Shown in pieces: positions 61,130 through 64,000 of a stretch of DNA of 64,000 nt. Under the pieces are notes generated by a model. The model was given only the letters and a program-made list of their open reading frames with translations, made no database searches and was not told where the DNA came from. The DNA is taken from positions 583-64,582 of the forward strand of contig DAOUKR010000026.1 of the NCBI GenBank assembly GCA_034421095.1. Reading direction: 5' to 3'. The DNA comes from Dehalococcoidia bacterium. Its GTDB lineage: Bacteria; Chloroflexota; Dehalococcoidia; Lucifugimonadales; JAGWBF01. Position 1 is the first letter of the stretch, and each line of letters begins with the position of its first letter. A program made the translations under genes and the position numbers.

Positions 61130-61775
61130 CCGGCAAGCCCGCCTTTCGTCCCTTCATGCGTCATACCGGCGCGGAGCTTTCGTCATTCCGACCTCCGAGC
61201 CGCAATCCATGCGCCCTTGCCTGCGGACCTGGGCGAGGGAAGGGGAGAGGTTTCCTGGATTCTGGCTTCCGCCAGAATGACGGAAGTGGGGGGTGCCAGA
61301 ATGACGGGAGGGCATAATTCCCTCTCCCCTGGCGGGAGAGGGTTAGGGTGAGGGGGATACCCCCCACCTCAATCCTCCCCCGCAAGTGGGGAGGAGGAAG
61401 GGGCCGGCCCCTCTTACCCGTCATTCCGGCCTCTGAGCCGGAATCCATAGGCCCTTGCCTGCAGACCTGGGTGAGGGAAGGGGGGAGGTGGATTCTGGCT
61501 TCCGCCAGAATGACGGAAGTGGGCAGGCTCTTCGCCAGAATGACGGGAGGGCATAATTCCCTCTCCCCTGGCGGGAGAGGGTTAGGGTGAGGGGCGATAC
61601 CCCCCACCTCAATCCTCCCCCGCAAGGGGGGAGGAGGAAGGGACCGGAATCCATAGGCCCTTGTCTGTAGACCTGGGCGAGGGAAGGGGAGAGGTCTCCT
61701 GGATTCTGGCTTCCGCCAGAATGACGGGAGTGGGCAGGCTCTTCGCGAGAATGACAGGCGGGGGTGCCGAATGAG
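61130..61775. repeat. ~238-bp composite repeat in about 2.6 tandem copies, itself built from at least 4 palindromic unit families
   Basis: The 'gtcattcc' unit starts at 61182 and again at 61420 (period 238). A third, 5'-truncated copy starts at ~61644. Each copy is a gtcattccg..ccggaatccat unit, gcccttgcctgcagacctgggcgagggaagggga, ctggattctggcttccgccagaatgacgg, gccagaatgacggg, ctctcccctggcgggagag and ccccacctcaatcctcccccgcaagggggaggagg. Confidence 0.85.
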
Positions 61776-61805
61776 AAATGGGAAGGGGAGTCGGCCCGGC
61801 AGCAG

Positions 61806-63092
61806 CTAGGCCTCTTTGGAGAGGTTCGCCAGGAACTCCTGGTTGCTGCGTGTCTTGGCCAGCCTCTCCAGGACGCGCTCTGTGGCGTCGCTGCTGTTCA
61901 CCGTATCGTTGGAGAGGAGAGCGACCATGCGCCGGAGAAGGAGGACCTGTTTCGTGGTGGTATCGTCGAAGAAAAGCTCCTCCCGGCGGGTGCCGCTGCG
62001 CTGAATGTCTATGGCTGGGAAGAAGCGGCGCTCGGCAAGCCTGCGGTCCAGGTGCAGCTCCATGTTGCCGGTGCCCTTGAACTCCTCGTAGATAACCTCG
62101 TCCATGCGGCTGCCGGTATCCACCAGGCAGTTGGCTATGATGGTGAGACTTCCGCCGTGCTCCACGTTTCGAGCGGCGCCAAAGAACCGCTTGGGGGGGT
62201 AAAGGGCGACCGGGTCTATGCCGCCGGAGAGGGTGCGTCCACTGGCGGGCGCGGCCAGGTTGTAGGCCCTCGTGAAGCGGGTGATGCTGTCAAGGAGGAT
62301 GACCACGTCCCTCTGAGACTCCACCAGGCGCTTGGCTCGCTCCAGGGCAAGCTCCCCGACCCGGCACTGGTCTTCCACCGACTCGTCGAAGGTCGAGGCA
62401 AATACCTCCCCCCGGATTGAGCGCTGCATATCGGTAACCTCTTCCGGGCGTTCGCCAATCAGGACCACCATGAGGTCCACCTTGGGGCAGTTGGTTGTGA
62501 CGCCGTTAGCCACGTGCTTCAATACGGTGGTCTTTCCGGCTTTGGGCGGCGCAACAATGAGGCCCCGCTGGCCCAGGCCGATGGGGGAGAAAAGGTCTAT
62601 CATTCGCGTGGTGAGGTTGCTGGGGTCGGTCTCCAGCTTTATCTGCTCGTCGGGGAACACGGGTGTGAGGTACTCGAAGGGGGGCCTGGAACGCGCTCCT
62701 TCGGGGTCCAGGCCGTTGACCCTCTCGACCCTGACCAGACCGAAGTACCTTTCGCCGTCCTTTGGCGGCCTCACCTGCCCTGATATGGTGTCGCCGGTCC
62801 TGAGGGCGAAACGCCTTATCTGGGACTGGGACACGTATACGTCCCCGGTGGCAGGGCGCAGGCCGTTCTGCCGGAGGAATCCATACCCCTCGGGCATGAT
62901 TTCCAGGACGCCGCTGGCCACAAGGCCCTGCTGGTCGGAATACATCTGGAATATGCGGTGCAGAACGTCTTCCCTGCGCAGGTTTGCCAGGGGAGGGCCG
63001 TCGTCGAGGCCGATGTCATGGGCAACGACGAGTAGCTCATCCTTGGACTTTCGCTCCAGCTCCGCAATATTTATTGCATGTTCAGTAGTCAC
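61806..63092 (-). CDS. rho: transcription termination factor Rho
   Basis: I prefer GTG 63092 (GAGGTGA 5 nt upstream), giving 428 aa. [23 protein letters not shown], an RNA-binding OB fold ([14 protein letters not shown]), Walker A APPKAGKT, and the Q/R loops. Confidence 0.93.
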   Translation of the reverse strand: MTTEHAINIAELERKSKDELLVVAHDIGLDDGPPLANLRREDVLHRIFQMYSDQQGLVASGVLEIMPEGYGFLRQNGLRPATGDVYVSQSQIRRFALRTGDTISGQVRPPKDGERYFGLVRVERVNGLDPEGARSRPPFEYLTPVFPDEQIKLETDPSNLTTRMIDLFSPIGLGQRGLIVAPPKAGKTTVLKHVANGVTTNCPKVDLMVVLIGERPEEVTDMQRSIRGEVFASTFDESVEDQCRVGELALERAKRLVESQRDVVILLDSITRFTRAYNLAAPASGRTLSGGIDPVALYPPKRFFGAARNVEHGGSLTIIANCLVDTGSRMDEVIYEEFKGTGNMELHLDRRLAERRFFPAIDIQRSGTRREELFFDDTTTKQVLLLRRMVALLSNDTVNSSDATERVLERLAKTRSNQEFLANLSKEA

Positions 63093-63336
63093 GGGTATCA
63101 CCTCAAAACGGGTAGATTTTGGATACTGAGACGTGAATAGGTCTCCAATCCGGCCCATTCCCCGTCTTTCTGCCTCAGGCAGACAAAATCGGGAATTCAA
63201 CACGCCTCATATTGGACTCCCGGGACTCCGCCTTCACCGGAGTGACCACCATGGAGCCCAGCCGATTGTCCACGTATCAGAGTATAGATGGGTCAAGGGG
63301 AAATCCGAAAAAGCCTCTTATCTCCTGGAGTTCACG

Positions 63337-63993
63337 TCACGACGAGGCCTGCTGCCAGTCTTGCAAGAAGCGAGTCTGGCCCGCGTCTGTGAGGGGATGC
63401 TTTATCATCTGCATGAGCACCGAAAAGGGCACGGTTGAGATGTCTGCGCCCGCCTTGGCGGCAGCGACACAGTGCAGGGAATTGCGTATGCTGGCAGCCA
63501 TTACCTTGGTCTTGACGTTGTAGTGCCGGAAAATGGACGCTATGTCTTCCACCAGCTGCATCCCGTCGTGACCCACGTCGTCCAGCCGCCCGACGAAGGG
63601 GCTTACCACCGTAGCCCCTGCCTGCGCTCCCAACAGGGCCTGGTTTACCGAGAAACACAGGGTCTGGTTCACCTTTATGTTGTCCTTGGAGAGGGCCGCC
63701 ATGGCCTCGATGCCGGCGATGGTGCTGGGAAGCTTGACCCAGGGATTGGGTATCCAGTTGACTATATCCCTGCCCTCGGTAATCATCCCCTCCACGTCGG
63801 CGCTGATTACCTCCACGGATATTGGGCCGTCTATTATCTCGGCTATTTCCTGCACCGCCGACTTGTAGGCCTCGAATTTCCCAATCCCTTCCTTGGCTGC
63901 CAGGGAAGGGTTGGTCGTGACGCCCCGCACCACGCCAAGGCGCGCGCCCTGGCGAATCTCATCCATGTTGGCGGTGTCCAGGAAAAGCTCCAT
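63337..63993 (-). CDS. fructose-6-phosphate aldolase / short transaldolase (TalC/Fsa family)
   Basis: 218 aa. Contains MELFLDTANMDEIRQGARLGVVRGVTTNPSL and VKLPST...TLCFS. Confidence 0.92.
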   Translation of the reverse strand: MELFLDTANMDEIRQGARLGVVRGVTTNPSLAAKEGIGKFEAYKSAVQEIAEIIDGPISVEVISADVEGMITEGRDIVNWIPNPWVKLPSTIAGIEAMAALSKDNIKVNQTLCFSVNQALLGAQAGATVVSPFVGRLDDVGHDGMQLVEDIASIFRHYNVKTKVMAASIRNSLHCVAAAKAGADISTVPFSVLMQMIKHPLTDAGQTRFLQDWQQASS

Positions 63994-64000
63994 TGTTACG

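Noticed and set aside
61130-61775. The possibility that the repeat clusters (also 11020-11253, 29275-29575, 35497-35846, 51450-51765 and 57575-57840) are CRISPR arrays.
   Set aside because: The units are themselves palindromic and belong to several different families mixed in both orientations. Spacing is irregular, and the 'spacers' are themselves repeated. No cas genes or leader are present.
1-64000. A search for tRNA/rRNA genes, transposases, integrases, phage genes, restriction-modification systems or known defence-system genes.
   Set aside because: No ORF or intergenic segment showed T-loop/anticodon-arm-like tRNA features, DDE/tyrosine/serine recombinase motifs, or nuclease/ATPase/methylase architectures typical of defence islands. 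The accessory-looking DNA here consists of small cassettes and repeats instead.

Overview
This is a GC-rich (roughly 58-60% by eye), densely coded bacterial chromosomal segment with about 60 supportable CDS. I found no rRNA, tRNA, CRISPR array, transposase or integrase.

**Housekeeping genes:** ffh, lysA, argF, der-plsY-gpsA, rsmE-prmA-dnaJ, hrcA, rho and fsa/tal.

**Paralog-rich catabolic content:**
- family-I CoA-transferases, three SDRs, and a luciferase-like (LLM) oxidoreductase
- MmgE/PrpD, an AtuA-like pair, an amidohydrolase, a formamidase and SMP-30
- two alpha/beta hydrolases, a TPP enzyme, and a thiol-dioxygenase-like cupin
- two cytoplasmic sulfite-oxidase-family Mo enzymes, plus modABC

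This gene content and the repeat style resemble marine or sponge-associated Chloroflexota (SAR202/Dehalococcoidia-like). That is only an inference.

**Most notable observations:**
1. A Bcp-type peroxiredoxin has an in-frame TGA exactly at the peroxidatic-Cys position, followed by a SECIS-like hairpin. It is a candidate selenoprotein that the ORF track splits.
2. A 3.8-kb cassette (ABM monooxygenase plus BtuFCD/HmuTUV-type ABC transporter) is bracketed by 58-bp direct repeats that duplicate the 3' end of the TPP-enzyme gene.
3. At least six or seven families of short palindromic ('gtcattcc...ggaatgac') and G/C-rich elements fill most of the longer intergenic gaps. They include a ~238-bp composite unit repeated about 2.6 times in tandem, and a cluster splitting modA from modB.
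4. The CoA-transferase genes are arranged A | B~A fusion | B, interrupted by an opposite-strand three-gene cassette containing an XRE regulator.
5. A DUF5678-like gene and a retropepsin-like protease form a two-gene module with its own promoter and operator palindrome.
6. A small membrane-protein gene is broken at a G8 homopolymer.

Many long ORFs in the supplied track are antisense artefacts of the high GC content and were rejected.
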